DNA of 64,000 bases. Source: the human T2T-CHM13v2.0 reference genome, Homo sapiens. Made by a program: the position numbers and the translations under genes. Under the pieces are notes generated by a model that worked only from the letters and a program-made list of their open reading frames with translations, made no database searches and was not told where the DNA came from. Position 1 is the first letter of the stretch, and each line of letters starts with the position of its first letter. The stretch lies in NCBI RefSeq assembly GCF_009914755.1, contig NC_060941.1. One strand, written 5' to 3'. Below are positions 27,432-44,373 of the stretch, in pieces.

Positions 27432-30203
27432 TGGAATCCTGGGGGTGGACTTTGGATATTTCATCCTATCAGCCTTGTGTCCTGTTACTCTTGGGATGGG
27501 TCAAAACCAGGAAGTCCCCTGCAGCTTTGGCAGCCCACAATTGCTGATGAAGCCACAAATTGTTGGAAACATGAATATCCGGCATTCATTGTTTTGAGCC
27601 TATGCTCGCCATGAATATGAACTAGTTAGAAATGAGACCTACACTTTCCCAATGCTTCTCCATTCAAGACCTCTTGGCTTTATATCTAGTAGAGCAGGGC
27701 TATACTGTGCCAATCTTCTAGCAATAAACTTCACACAAATCCAACAGCCTAATTGTTGTGGTTAGAATGAGAAGAGATGAAGATGCTGTTGAGTTAGGTC
27801 ATCTGGTCTCCAAAGCAGAACTTCACAAGGTGATACTTTCTTGTGAAGTCACAGTGGTCTATGTCTGTTCTTAGGCTGGTGGGTTATTAGTGCACCAGAA
27901 CCAAAGGGATTCTCAGGAGCTGACTCAGAGTAACCTGACTTTTAAGTGCCAGATGAAAGAGACAGAATGCAAACTTATTAATTTAACATTGAAAGATGAT
28001 CCATTTTGCAACCACAGAGTTCCCAACTGCAAATCAATGCACCTTCTTTGTTGTACCTAAGAATTAGAGAAACCAAATTGTAATATGAAGGCTTTTGTCA
28101 AAAATGGAACTAGAAGAGGGATATGGGGTCTTGAGGAATGAGGTTGAAAAACTGCCTCAAGTCCACACGTGCTTAGATGGTGTTCATGAGTTCAGTGTTG
28201 CCCCTTCCTGGATTGGGCTGGACACTGTTGTGTTGTGTTTTTAGGGCTCACTTTCTCTTTTTAAAATATTTTCTTAACCACTTGAACCACCAGGGATATG
28301 GCTCACCTTCTTTAGACCTCCAAGACAAGCATTATTTCTTTAATTCTTTATAGCTTTCATTAGGCTACATGTATGACATTTTCAAACTTGAGTAATTATT
28401 TAATTGATTGGGCATTTGGAATAGAGGATTTGAGTTTGTTCAGATTTTGACTTTAACATTTACTAGCTGTGACACTGAGCAAATTACTTAACTTCTGTAA
28501 GCCTTAGTTCACTTGTTAGTAATGTGGTAATAACCATAGTATGGTAGGGCCATTGTGAGAATTGAGTGAGATAATTCATGTAAAGCATGTAGCACAATGT
28601 CTAGAGGCATAATATTTAATCAGTTTTTAATTGAATGAAAGAAGCATTACTCTTTCTACTTTTTGGCCCTAGGAGACACTGTGGCTTCTGTGCATCTGTG
28701 ATTACTTTTATTATGTGTTGGCGGTGGAGAAGCCTTCCAGCTGTTTTCTCCATTGACACCATAACCTGACTCCAGGAAACATCAGGGCCACAAGAGACAA
28801 GGGTAACAGATATTGTACTAGGAGAAGGGCCATCAGTCCTCTCTGAATTGCCCTGTCATTTCAGTTGTCCACAAAAGTGATCCTGTTACAGGGATGACTT
28901 CAAACTGTTCTCCCTTCTCCTCCAGGGCTATCTTCTTCCTACTGGCCGCAAAGATTGTGAAGGTTGATACATGATGGAGAGGTCCTTTACAACTGAGCTC
29001 CCTAACATTCTGGAAAACAGAAGAGTTGGACCTTTATGTGGTTTTTACTTTGGGTCAGGTGTGACTCAGCTTTCTTTTAAAAAGAAAGGTTCTATCCTTA
29101 ATATAGCACTTTCATTAGTTATCAGAATGGCTTTGCATGACTATGCCATTGTCATTTGGCTCAAGTGAAATAATTCATTAGCTCTCATGTGATTGTTTTG
29201 CCAACTGAAGTAAGCTTCACGAAGCAGTATAATGCAATCCTACTAACAAGGTTACTGGGTGCCAGGCATGCTCTAGGAGCTTTGCATGCATTAATTAATG
29301 ATGTCATCTCAGCCCTATGAAGTAGATGCTATTAATAGCCCCATTTTAAAGATGAGGAAATAGAGAGATTAAGTAACTTGCCCAAGATCTCATGGTATGT
29401 GGCAGGGCTGGGAATCAGAGACCCAGCTGGTCTAGATTCAAGTATGTGTTATTAATCAGTACATGATTCTGCTTTTTAAACAAAGGTGGCCAAAGTTCTT
29501 TTCTAGGTTTTTCTAATACCTTTAAAAGGGTGCTTGTTCTGAGATTTCATCCTAGTCTCCTTTCCCCACTGAACTTAACAGAGTCCTCTTACATGGGTAG
29601 TAATTTTATTTACCTTCCACTGTGAGACTTCTCCCTGCAACCAGAGTCTATGCTGGGAGTGGGGAAGGGGGTGTTTCTTAGAAAGTGGCAGTGAAGGAAG
29701 AGAACACAGTTATTTTTTTCCGGTCAATGGAAAATGAGCTGACAGACATTTATCCTCCACAGAAGTGCAGAGAGAAGACCTTTTTACTCTTACATACAGT
29801 TGATGGGTAGTTCTTTATGACCAGCTACCCATGTTTAGAGATGTTCAGCCCAAAGCATGGTCTCTCTCTAGGTCTTCTGGGTCAGTAGAGTTAGGCAGTT
29901 TCTTTAAGGGCCACAGATACCAAATGGGTGGATACAACCCTTTCCAGGAAACTCTTGAGCACTAGCGTGCCCAGTGGCCCTCCATAACGAGCTGTAATAT
30001 CGGAAATTTTTGCTTCTGGATTAGCAGAAAGGCCTTTTTGATTCTTTTTTGTTTCTGTTTTTTTTGTTTGTTTGTTTTTGGAGAAGGAAAAAGAGAAAGG
30101 AGTCCCAAACTTGCTCTCCTCCTGAAAAAAGTAAGAGATCTTACTGTCTGAGATGTTTTCTCCAGGTACGACTAGTATGTCCGCCTTGACTATTGGGTTG
30201 TTC

Positions 30204-30232
30204 CAGAGAGAGAGAAAGAGGGGGGGGGGGGT

Positions 30233-30271
<39 letters not shown>
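30204..30271. repeat. (GA)n microsatellite interrupted by a G run
   Basis: Direct reading. Confidence 0.9.
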
Positions 30272-30274
<3 letters not shown>

Positions 30275-31962
30275 CAAGAAAACATATTCAGAAATTTTGC
30301 TATTGTGATGCCTTCTTAAGATGTTTAGAAACATTGATATACATTTTTTCCCATGTGCATGTAAGTGGTAGCCTGTGGCTCAAAAGCATCACCTAGGAAA
30401 GCTCTCCAAATATGATGTTTAACCTGAAAGGATAATTACAGCAAACCTTTCAATGTTGCCAAACAGGGTTGTTCCCATTTGAACTGGGTGCGTGGGTTGT
30501 TCCCATGAAACTTGTGAATCATTCATGAACACACTGATCAGATATTTCTAGCCAGCCCAATACCCAGAGGATTCATTTCCTATAAAAGACATTTGATCAC
30601 AGTGTTGAAACAATGTATTCAAGGTTTGCTTGCCCTGAGACTAACCCAAGTCTGTGTCACGGATGCTGATTGCCTCAGCCTAGAAATTCTTCCTAACCTA
30701 ATAATGACCTATTCTCTTCTCTTTGGGGACACTTTCCTTTTCTCTTGAATTTTAATGTTTCCCCCCTTCTCTCATTTAAAGTGGATGTTTGCTTTTAAAA
30801 TGTGTTTTCATTATAAAAACTTTAATTTTAAATCAAAATGGACAGAAATAGGATAAACTTACTCAGGTAAGGGATCCGTTTCTGTCTAGAGTAAGATACT
30901 TTTCTTCATTGTTTGAAAAATGGAAATTATGGGAATTAATAACAACATAGAGTCATTATCTTCTAAAGACATGAAGATCTCACTGATACCATCCAATTGC
31001 CTTTAAAAGACACTGGCAAAGTGGGGTGGGGGGGGTTGGAAGACTTTTTTTGGTGTCAGTTCTTATTTACAGAGGTAGAAAGCTAGACATGATAAGTAAT
31101 GTCAGAGCTTGTAAGAGAAACTAAGGACGTAAGCTTTGAAGAGTCCATGGTGACTGCCCAGAGTCTAAGCACAGAGAAGCCAAATGGTACTTCTGAGAGT
31201 TAGAGCCTGAGGTCACTGTCTTGGGGTCCAGTGTTCTTCACATTAGGCCTCAGTCCACACCTGTTCACTACAGATGTGCCTGGGAACGAGGAGAGTGAGG
31301 AGCAGAAGACGGGGAACAAGGAGAGTGAGGAGCAGAAGAAAGAGCACTGGTCCTCTTTTCGACCCACGTACCATGGACCAGTTACTGTTCTTTCTGTGCC
31401 CCAGATTCTCCATCTCTCACATTAAAAATGCTATTAGCTGCCATCCAATACCTTCCGCATTCAAAAATCCACATATTCTCTGCATTTCTGGATGAGGGAT
31501 AAAGACTCCTTGGATGATTCTCACTGGAAGCTGTGATGAGCTGGAGAAGGGTGCTTTGAAGAGTTGAAAAGCAAGCTGTTGCTACTACAGATTATTTCTG
31601 TTCTTGTATCAGGTGCTATTTGACCTTTCTAAGGAAATAAAAGTACTGATAATTCAATCCCATTATTGTGCGGCATGGATGAGTCAGTTAAATTTTCTGC
31701 CCAGCAGTTTCCTCATCTGTGAAATGGGGCTATTAATAATATCTACTTCATGATGGGGTTGTGAGGATTAAATGAGTTGATGATATTTATTAAATTATTG
31801 GTCATTATTGATTAACTCCATTTTATAAACAGGCGAATAGACACGAAGGAGGGGGGAATCTGCATGTGTGGTTGTCTATCAAGCTATGCCCAAATCTAAA
31901 AGCCTCAAATAAGTCATCAAGTCATTCAGATCTTTAAGCCAAAAGCCCCCATCAGTGATAAA

Positions 31963-32145
31963 GCAGTGGCTTTTAATTCAGTGCACACACTTCAGCTGAG
32001 ACTTTTGTTAAAATTTGGATTCCCAGGTCCCACAGCTGGAGATGCAGATACAGGAGGTCTGGGGTAAGGCCCAGGAATCTGAATGATACAGACTCCCCTA
32101 TTAATGCAATTGCAGGTGGCTTCTGGGTCACACTGGAGAAGTTTT
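31963..32145. mobile_element. MER5A-like hAT-Charlie element
   Basis: cagtgg start; gattcccaggtcccac, aggtctggggtaaggcccaggaatctg. Confidence 0.65.
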
Positions 32146-34867
32146 GGCGGGACGTCAGGTAAGGGGTTACCACTAACTGAACTCTGGAGGAAAAGTTTCT
32201 GGGTAGTCTCTTCTGATCAGCAATTGCTGGAATTGGCTCTGGGAAGTAAGGATGCAAAGGGTGTGGGCTGTGTGATGGGGGCAGGTGATGGGGGACAGTT
32301 AAGGGGTGAGAGGCAAGGAGAAAGGGGGAAGCGTGGTTACTTACCTCTGTGTTTGGAAGAGTTTAAACTAGCTATGACATGAAGTGGAGTCAACAAGAAG
32401 AAAGGAAAAAAATCTAGAAAAAATATATCTAAAATATCTCCCTTTTTAAGAAATATAATTATGGACCCTCAGAGTGAGAAGCAGAGATATAGGATTTGAC
32501 CTCAGGCTCTGGACACCATGCTGTGTTTCCTGATTCATGGTTGTCTTTCGAACTGTGCTAAAATTACACTTTCCCTCCCCACGAGCCCCTTTTCTGCTCT
32601 AGCTGCTGACTTATGCTGAACTGTCATAAAACCTTAAATTTCCTCCTGTGGCTGTGTAGGATACTTATTTAGCCTCCTAGTAAAAATCCAGTCTCCTTAT
32701 TGCCTTTAAAAGTTTTGACCACATGCATACAACCAGCAAATGGTTTTACATTCTCTTATACGAAGAAGACACTTAAAAAAAAAAACAAAACTGCAAGCCT
32801 TCGAGTGGCTAACTCCCCTCTTTACTGTGCAGCTTATAATCATATATTTTTTAAAACCATGAATGGCATGGGGGATATTTTGCTCTCCATAGGAGGAAGG
32901 CATCCTACTTCTAGGATAAACTGAAAATGGCACTGCTGCATCAGTTCAATCTTAGCTTGAGTCCAGTGAGATTCCTCAACCCTAATTTTGTAGCTCGGAG
33001 CAGATTTTAGTGTGGATGATATATATCAAGGTCCACCTGGGCCCAGCACTGAACCAGAAAGAAAGGAAGAAGGTATTGATGGAAACGACATGTGTCTAGG
33101 TTTAAATATAGGGAATAGGAATGCCCTTCTGCAAAGCACCTTACAGTTTATGAGACCCTTTCACCATTATTATTCCATTTTATCCTTGCAGCCGTGTGGT
33201 AGGCAGGGCTTATATTGTTATATCCTATTTACTCGAGGTCATACATGCCCAGGCTGGATTGAGACTCCGTCCCAAGGTTTCTGAATCCCAGTTCCATGCT
33301 CTTTCCACATTTTCATCCTGCAGCCTGAGATAGTACGCAGTTAACTACTGACCGGAGGTACTCTGCCCACTCAGATGAGAGAGAAATTATTGATTTAAAA
33401 GAGGTCATTCTGGGAGTTCTGCATTCCACTTGCCTAGTGTAAGTTGCTACTTGTCTGGAGGAAGTAAATCATCAAGCTGTAAGTTACACAATGCATGTGT
33501 CTTTGATGTGGGCATCAGGCATTATTGACTCATTGATATGCGATACATACCCTAAGAACTGAAAAATGCTTTATTGAGTAGAATTGTGGGCCTGATCACA
33601 GGAAATCATGTTTTTTTTTCTCCTAAAAGTTAAACACTATTAAAACTCCAAAATCATGACTGGATAACTAAATTCATGAAGAAAGAATTTTAAAATGAGA
33701 TAATTACAAAAATAGGTCTAGGGCTGTAGCTAAAAGCAAAACTTACATAAAAATTACATTGGGTGGTGCTTTTCAGCATTCAAAGCAGTGTCACATAAAC
33801 AATTTCATTTGATCATCACAACAACCCTGTGAAGTAGGCATGATCCTCATTTAACAAACACAGAAATTAAATTTGATGAAGTCTAAATGTTTTCCCCAAG
33901 GTCACAGCTGGGAAATGCAGGTGTAGGACTTCAGGCCTTTTGACTACCCATCTGTGTTTGATTTTGAATTATTTCTTAAAACCTCTGGCAATGTCCAATG
34001 ATTATTGTCAGGAATGACTTACATATTCTGAGACTATCCTGTAAGAAGCTGTGATGATGGCTGGTATATAAATGATGCCTTCTCACATTGGGACTGCCTT
34101 GCACTTACAAGCAGCAATTATTCACTATTGCTTTTCTGCAAAATGTGTGGATATTATGTCCATTTACTCTGATGGATAGATTGAAGCAGGAATCTAAGCT
34201 ATGTTTTTCTTTGTCACTCTTCACAGGGAGGGGAAGAAGGGTTATTTCTTGAGAATTCCAGCTAAATGTTCCTTGTCAAACAATCAGAACAAACTCCCAT
34301 TCCCTAAAGAATAGAAAGAGAAATAGCAAATGTTTAATGAAAAGACCCATGCTATTTCTTCAAAGTGTTCTAGATTCACTCCCCACAACTTATCTGATTC
34401 TCAAATAAAATATTTGGAGAGCCTAATAGGTCACAAAGTTTTGGAGACCATGGACATTTAAAAAAATATCTTTGGAAAGGTAAAGTATGTTAGTATAGAT
34501 AAATCATAATTAAGACAGCAGAGTTTAATAGGATCCATACTCGTGACTATCTACACAAGTGAATTAAATATTAAAGATCTTTTCCCCTATTTATACTGTT
34601 CCCATATATGTTTCTTTCTGTATCCAAAGACATTTAGAAGGGAAGGTTGTAGCTTTTCACCTTCAGGTGCCGGTGGCCAAAAACAACCCTAAACTTGTCT
34701 GACTGGCTCTAAGGAGGAATGTCGGTAAACAAGGCCTGAGTAAACAAGAGAGAGACCTGCCCATCAATCACCTGGGTAGTCAAGCAATGTAGGCCATCTT
34801 CCTGGGTGCTTACAAATCAGTTCCCATCCCTCAGATAAATGCAAAACATCCTTCCAGAGAAATGTAA

Positions 34868-34873
34868 TTTATT
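34868..34873 (-). terminator. KRT39 polyadenylation signal AATAAA
   Basis: tttatt on + strand ~190 nt after the stop codon. Confidence 0.65.
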
Positions 34874-35061
34874 ATCATGTTAGCAGTGGTGAGTTAGGGA
34901 AGGAGCAGAATAAAAGATATTCTACCTAGCAATGGGGACCCGCTGTAGTAGTAAGAAACTAAGTACCTTAAGGGACTGGGGAGTTTTCTTAAACCTCTCT
35001 GGCAGGAGCATGTATTGGCCTCTGTTTCATAAATGTGGGTCATTTTCATCACCTTGGGATG

Positions 35062-35451
<390 letters not shown>

Positions 35452-36731
35452 TTATTTTGTACTGTAGTTACTGGAAGAAAAAGAATCAGATTAAATCCAT
35501 TGGAAATCAGCATCCTAGGTTTAGAAGTATTCGATTATGTAAGTTTCCATTAGTCAATACCATCACATTGTGGAAAGAATACTGCACTAGCAGTCAAAAG
35601 ACTGAGGCAGAGACCAGCTCTGTCCTTTACCAGCTGGTGACCTCAGCTAAGTCATTTAACGCACTCAACCTTTAGTTTTTCATCTGCAGAATGGATATAA
35701 TGGAAACTAAACCCACAGGATCAACAGTGATAAGGAACAAGTTGAGGGCATTATTATCCGAGGAATGGAAATTAACCAGATATTTTTCTCATTGAGGAGT
35801 TAGTCATACTAATAGTGGTGGCCTGAACCCCAGCTATGAAAGAGTCCTCACTGTGTCATCAGGAAGCTTCAAAGTGCCTTCTGGCTGTCTATGCATAGTT
35901 TTTAGAGAACTGAAGTAAAAAGCAGTTCATAGTAAACACTCTTTTTATAAACATAATCTTTCTTTGATGATTCGAGGTATTTTGGTATATGATCACAGCT
36001 CCTAAAGGTGACAGCATTGATGACCATTGTGCTCACATAATGTGGTCATGCCAATTAAAAGAATGCTGTGAAGAGTTCACTGATTATTTTCGGGAAGTAG
36101 GTCTCCTTTGCAATTGTAACTAAGTCTCTGGGGTTTTAGTTTGGACTGAGTTGCTTCAAAGAACTCATCCTCCATATATGTTTACTTATGGGTTGGTTAG
36201 CTTCTTATTGCTTACAAAAATTATAACTTTTATTTTTTAAAAAAGATGCTAAAACATACATGTGTACATGCTTCTGTTGGCCTCAAGGACTAGTGGCTAG
36301 ATAGGGTTAGGGGTTTCAGCCTGAGCAGAATGTTCCTCCAAAGGAGCCTGGGTTGTTTTGTACAAGCTCATGAAAATCAGACGTTCATCTCAGTGGGGAA
36401 ACATCTGTAATGGTCACCAGGAATATTCATCTATGGGGAAATAATTTTTTCTCTAGTAATTTTTAAAACTCTAAGAAGGTAAGCAACCTATAAGAAATTA
36501 ACCTGGCCCATGGGCTCTTCAGAACAGCTCAGGTCAGCCAATGCCTCAAATTTGGATAAGGTTACAATTGCAAGTCTTCCTCATGGCACAGCTTGAGAGG
36601 GTGTGTGGATGCCTCTGTCCAAGCTCCCCATCACTGGCAAGAAGGTCAAACAAAGCACTTGACCCCTGTTGCCAGTGGCAGTACATATATCTGCGTTCAT
36701 TTACACTTTTTTGTCATAGAAGTTGCTGTTA

Positions 36732-36962
<231 letters not shown>

Positions 36963-37310
36963 CTACCATGGAGAAGGATAGTAGGATTTATAATGACTCC
37001 TTTAAGCCCAGGTCACCTGTGACCTGTATCATTTAAAAAAAATGGTTTCTTTGTGACACTACTGATAGATCTCCAAGCACTTTATTTATTGTTTCCTAAT
37101 CAAATAAATCCAAAACCCAAATGATCAACTATGCTAAAATCTGCTTTCCTTTATCTCTTCCCTCTTTCTCTCTTTCTCTTTTTGCTTCTCTGTAAGTATT
37201 TGTTTCACTTTCTCTTTCTTGACCAACCAATAGTCTCGCACCACACTTTCCTACTTAGGAGAGAAAAAATAATAACTTAATGCACACCCAGGCATTAAAA
37301 ATGCATTACT

Positions 37311-37610
37311 GGCTGGGCGCAGTGGCTCACGCCTATAATCCCAGCACTTTGGGAGGCCCAGGTGGGTGGATCACAAGGTCAGGAGTTCAAGACCAGCCTG
37401 GCCAAGATGGTGAAACCCCGTCTCTACTAAAAATACAAAAAATTAGCTGGGTGTTCTGGTGGGCACCTGTAATCCCAGCTACTTGGGAGGCTAAGGCAGA
37501 GAATTGCTTGAACCCGGGAGGTGGAGGTTGCAGTGACCCGAGATCGTGCCACTGCTGTCCAGTCTGGGCGACAGAGTGAGACTCCATCTCAAAAAGAAAA
37601 AAAAAAAAAA
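37311..37610 (+). mobile_element. Alu (S family), KRT39 intron 5
   Basis: Full-length; TSD-like gcattac. Confidence 0.92.
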
Positions 37611-38266
37611 GCATTACCATGGCACTTCATTCAGTGAGTGTTCGTGTCTTAAAAAAGGAAGGAAGCAATGTTTTACCATATACAATTTATCCACCAGATC
37701 AATTCCTTTATATGTAAAATATGAAAGTTGAAACTGATGAGTAAATTTCATTCCTGCTCTATCATTCTGTAAGTCTATGGATAATGATGGGATTTTAGGT
37801 TTTAATAGCCTATTATTTGCATGATTATCCCAATTTTTATAGATGAGAAAACTGAGGTTCAAGTGGTTCAATATGTTGTCCAAGGTCACATGACTAGCTG
37901 GTGACAAAACCAGTGTGGGGCAAGGTCTTCCCAAAAGCCTTCACATCAGAGCATGTAAGCAATTCTCTACTTCAGAGAGGCATTATCATGAGACAGAATG
38001 ATACTGGCTTTGGAATCTAAACTCTGGCTCAGACTCTTATTTCTTTTGTGACTTTGGATGAGTTTCTTAATGTCTCAGGATCTCAGTGTCTCTATAAAAT
38101 AGGTGGGCTGAAACTTACCTTGGATTTGCTTGGGAAAATCACTTTAGCTCTTGGAGCCTCATCTGTAACATTCGTTAATAATTATGCCACCCCCCCTCTT
38201 AGGATTGCTTTATAAATCTCATGTGATAGCTTGTAAAAATGCTTTGCATATAATAAAATGCTCTCC

Positions 38267-38802
<536 letters not shown>

Positions 38803-38829
38803 TTAAAGGGCCCTAGAAATGCAGCATCA

Positions 38830-39024
<195 letters not shown>

Positions 39025-39627
39025 CTAAGGAAAGAAAAAGACTGTGAAGTCACTTGGTGAACAGATAACCCCTTTGTGTTCTTGTTTCACTCTAACTGCT
39101 ACGATTTAGCTTAATTGTGTCTAAAATATAGCCCACAACAAAGGAATACATGATTTACAGGTGTTATTGAGATGCTATAAAATGATTTAAGACTCTTTCA
39201 GGTAGGACTGTGTGTTTAAATGTGTGCAAAATTAAAAAAAAATGAGTAGCAAGACCAGAGTTCCAAAAAATTTAGATCATTTCCAGGGCTGGATAATGGG
39301 TGAAACAGGATAAAGGTGGAATTGATCATGAGAGATTATAGTCTCTATGGTGCAAATACGGGATTGTGCCAATATTGACTTGCACCAATATTGACTTGTA
39401 CCAATGGGAGGTGGCAGAAGCCTGTATAGGGATGCCTACAAACATGGGAAGACTGTAAGGACAGAAAAATTGGGTTCCTTCTTGTAGAAAAGCTGGAGGG
39501 GATGTTGGAGGCCTTTCTTCCCCTTATGGCTCCAGATATTGTGTTGGAGCCAGTGGATTTGAAATACTACCTTGAACCAGTGCTAGTAGCAGTAGGTATT
39601 TTCAGGGCTAAACCAGAGTAGTACGTA

Positions 39628-39995
39628 GCAGTGGTTTGGCTCTGTGTCCCCACCCAAATCTCATCTCGAATTGTAATTCCCATAATTCCCATGTGTCAAG
39701 GGAGGGACCTAGTGGGAGGAGATTGGATCATGGGGGTGGTGTCCCCCATGCTGTTCTTAGGATAGTGAGTGAGTTCTCACAAGATCTGATAGTTTTATAA
39801 AGGGCTCTTCCCCCTTTGGTCTCTCTCTGTCTCCTGCTGCCAAGTGAGATGTGCCTGCTTCCCCTTAAGCCATGATTGTAAGTTTCCTGAGGCCTCCCCA
39901 GCCATGTGGAACTGTGACTCAGTTACACTTCTGTCCTTTATAAATTACCTACTCTCAGTTATTTCTTTATAGCAGTGTGAGAACGAACTAATACA
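39628..39995 (+). mobile_element. THE1D-like MaLR solo LTR, KRT39 intron 3
   Basis: tggtttggctctgtgtccccacccaaatctcatctcgaattgtaa...ctaataca. Confidence 0.85.
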
Positions 39996-40066
39996 AGCGG
40001 GCACACCCTTTGTCAGGTGCAACTCAAAGGAACTGATGCTACTTTTAGGGACTTAGCTTGTGATTA

Positions 40067-40246
<180 letters not shown>

Positions 40247-40906
40247 TTAAAAACCAGATGGGAAAAGAGAGACATCTGAAAGGAGATGATGCAAACCAAG
40301 CCAAGCAGAACTCTCATCTGCATTTTGCTCTGGGCACCTCACTTAGTGTATTTCTATTAGAAGTTTTATTCTCTTTGGAGGTGAAACCATTTGATATAGA
40401 TCATAACTTAATTATTATTCCCAAATTAGTTTGCTAGGGGGATCTACATTGCTGTTCTTTGAGATATGGGAATTTATTGTCCTTCCTCTGCCCCTAGTGG
40501 CAATGCAATGTAAGTGAAGAAAGCACTGGATTAGGGCTCAGAAAACATGTGTCCAAGTTTCGGTTTTGACTTGTGCTAGTTATGCTTACCTTTGGGTGAG
40601 TAACTTAGCCTCACTAAGCCACAGATTTCTCACCTTAAAGAGAGTAACAATATATTAGTCCTATCTATTTTACTGAACTATTGTGTAGGTAATCAAATGG
40701 GTTCACAAGTTAGAAACTATAGGTACTGTATACATGTGAGCAGTTATTAATCTTAATCATTCATTGAATTTGAAAGTCTTTTCTGGGCTTGTGCCAACAT
40801 CATCTGGGGCAAGAGGGTTAGTAGACATGGGGACAATTTTGTTGAGGGCATCTCGGTCAGACTCAGGGTGAGCTCTGTCATTGATGACGGTGTTGGGTGG
40901 GCTTAC

Positions 40907-40989
40907 TTGGCTCTCAAGTCATCTGCAGTCAGTTTGGTGTTGTCAATTTGCGAGACCAGTCTGGAATTCTCGGCCTTGGTACACAAGAT
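40907..40989 (-). CDS. KRT39: KRT39 exon 2 (83 nt)
   Basis: [28 protein letters not shown]; ttctag| and |GTAAGC. Confidence 0.95.
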
Positions 40990-41242
40990 CTAGAATTAAG
41001 AGATTGTACACACAAATGAAGCAAACACCAAGATTTCCTTCTTTAAGAACCAAGGGGTTTGTGTGTGTGTCAAGTAACAGGGGAAGGCTAAGTAGACTTT
41101 TTATTAATCTTCATAGCTATGCTCACAAAGCTTGGAAAACTTCAGAAAGTCAGATTTCCTGTTATTTTCCTAAAAGATCAGCAAAAAGTACTTAACTAGA
41201 AACTTTTAAGTATTTTTTTTGTTGTTGTTGTTAAAAAATCCA

Positions 41243-41880
<638 letters not shown>

Positions 41881-41904
41881 CTAAATTTATATAAATACCA
41901 TGAT

Positions 41905-42030
41905 CCACTAGAATGTCAACTCCATGAGGGCAGGGACTTTTTAAAGGTCACCAATATTTTCCCAGAATCTAGAACAATGTTTGGCCCAATGTTGTTGCTG
42001 CTCAGTAAACATTTGTTGAATGAATAAAAC
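41905..42030 (+). mobile_element. L2 3' end
   Basis: ctagaatgtcaactccatgagggcaggga...catttgttgaatgaat. Confidence 0.75.
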
Positions 42031-42305
42031 TGAATAAATCCAGATATGTAGTAGCAGAATACGTCTGTGCATAACAAACTTAGGTTTGGTGTAGAAACAA
42101 ACCAAGCAATGTGGAGATGATAACATAAGCATAAAAGGAGAAAAAGGTGGTGATGGTTGAAAAATGGATAAAAACTAAATTGCTTAGAAACTCATTAAAG
42201 CAAAATTTATTTTCTCTGATCTCTGTTTCCCTATTTTTATTTAAAAAATGGCAACAACTTGCTGTTAACATCTTTTGGTCCTGAGTCATCTAGTTATAAT
42301 GGTAG

Positions 42306-42670
<365 letters not shown>

Positions 42671-42816
42671 AGAAATACTATCAGACTCTGAATGCTGCCT
42701 CAAGATGACAATTTCACTCAAGAAATTTTTCTATTCTTCAAAAAAATTTTCAGCATCAACTGAACAAAAAATATTAAAGTTTAGCAAATAACTGTTGCTT
42801 GGAAACCATTAATTCA

Positions 42817-43332
<516 letters not shown>

Positions 43333-43430
43333 TTAGTTTGTTCCAGGTCTGTGGTCACCAGGATGAAAAGCTCAAGCCACCTCCACAGAGTCTGAATTCC
43401 AAGGCTCTTGGTGTTTTCCTCTTTGAAGTG

Positions 43431-43438
43431 CTTATATA
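43431..43438 (-). promoter_or_regulatory. KRT39 TATA box (TATATAAG)
   Basis: ~115 nt upstream of ATG; aligns with KRT40 TATA. Confidence 0.7.
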
Positions 43439-44373
43439 GCCTCTCTTCTACGTGGTGTCACACAGGTGGGATGTTTTCCTTTCTCAGGTTTATATCAAAT
43501 CCTGTAGGAACATCTTATTAGTCTGCTTTTTACTTGCTTAAGAAGAGTTATTTGTCTCATAAACATGTGCATTTAGGCTGTTAGTAAGTTATTACCCATC
43601 ATAACTACTACTTGTCTATTGGACCCAGAGCTTCAAATTATGTCTTCAAAAGGAACTGTCCTAACAGCATCCATTATTAAGCAGGTGTGAGTATACTAAG
43701 TTCATTACATTCTTGTTGACCTCTCCACTTGGCACTGAGCTTAACCAGGAATGAGTTCATCCTTCTTTTCCTTTCTTCTCTAGAAAAGGGAAACTATTAA
43801 TGTTTAATAATTATTGGTAAACTTAGAAATCAGAAGTCAATATTTTAGTTTGTTCTGCCCAAATGGTTTCCCCATTTTCAGTGTCAGGACAATGTGAGTA
43901 TGAATTAAAATGTTAGTCTTTTAAAAGTCTTGTTTTAAAGATAATTGCTAGATTTATGTTTTAGCTTTCCATAAAATGTAATAACATAAAATAAAATATA
44001 AATAAAATATGAAATAAAATAAAAGCCATGGGGAAAAGGTAGGGTTTGATTGCTAATAAGAAATTTCTTGGAAAAGAGACTAGCTCTCTTTTGGTTTTCC
44101 AAAGTCCACATTTTATAACATTTTTAGTGCTTGGTGTTTGCTTGTGGTATTACATTAGATAAAAATGTATCACAGTGTTGGTTTATACTGGATGTTTAAA
44201 TAGGATTCATTGAAAGGGGTGTGTTTTCTTTCTGAGGAATACTTACTCAGCATTTTCTTCAGAAAGTTACTTGCTGCTAATCCTTTATGGAGGCTCTAGG
44301 GGAACATCATTTTCTTGCCTTTTCCAGCTTCTACAGGCTGTCCACATCCTCAGCTAGTGGCCCCTTTTCATCC

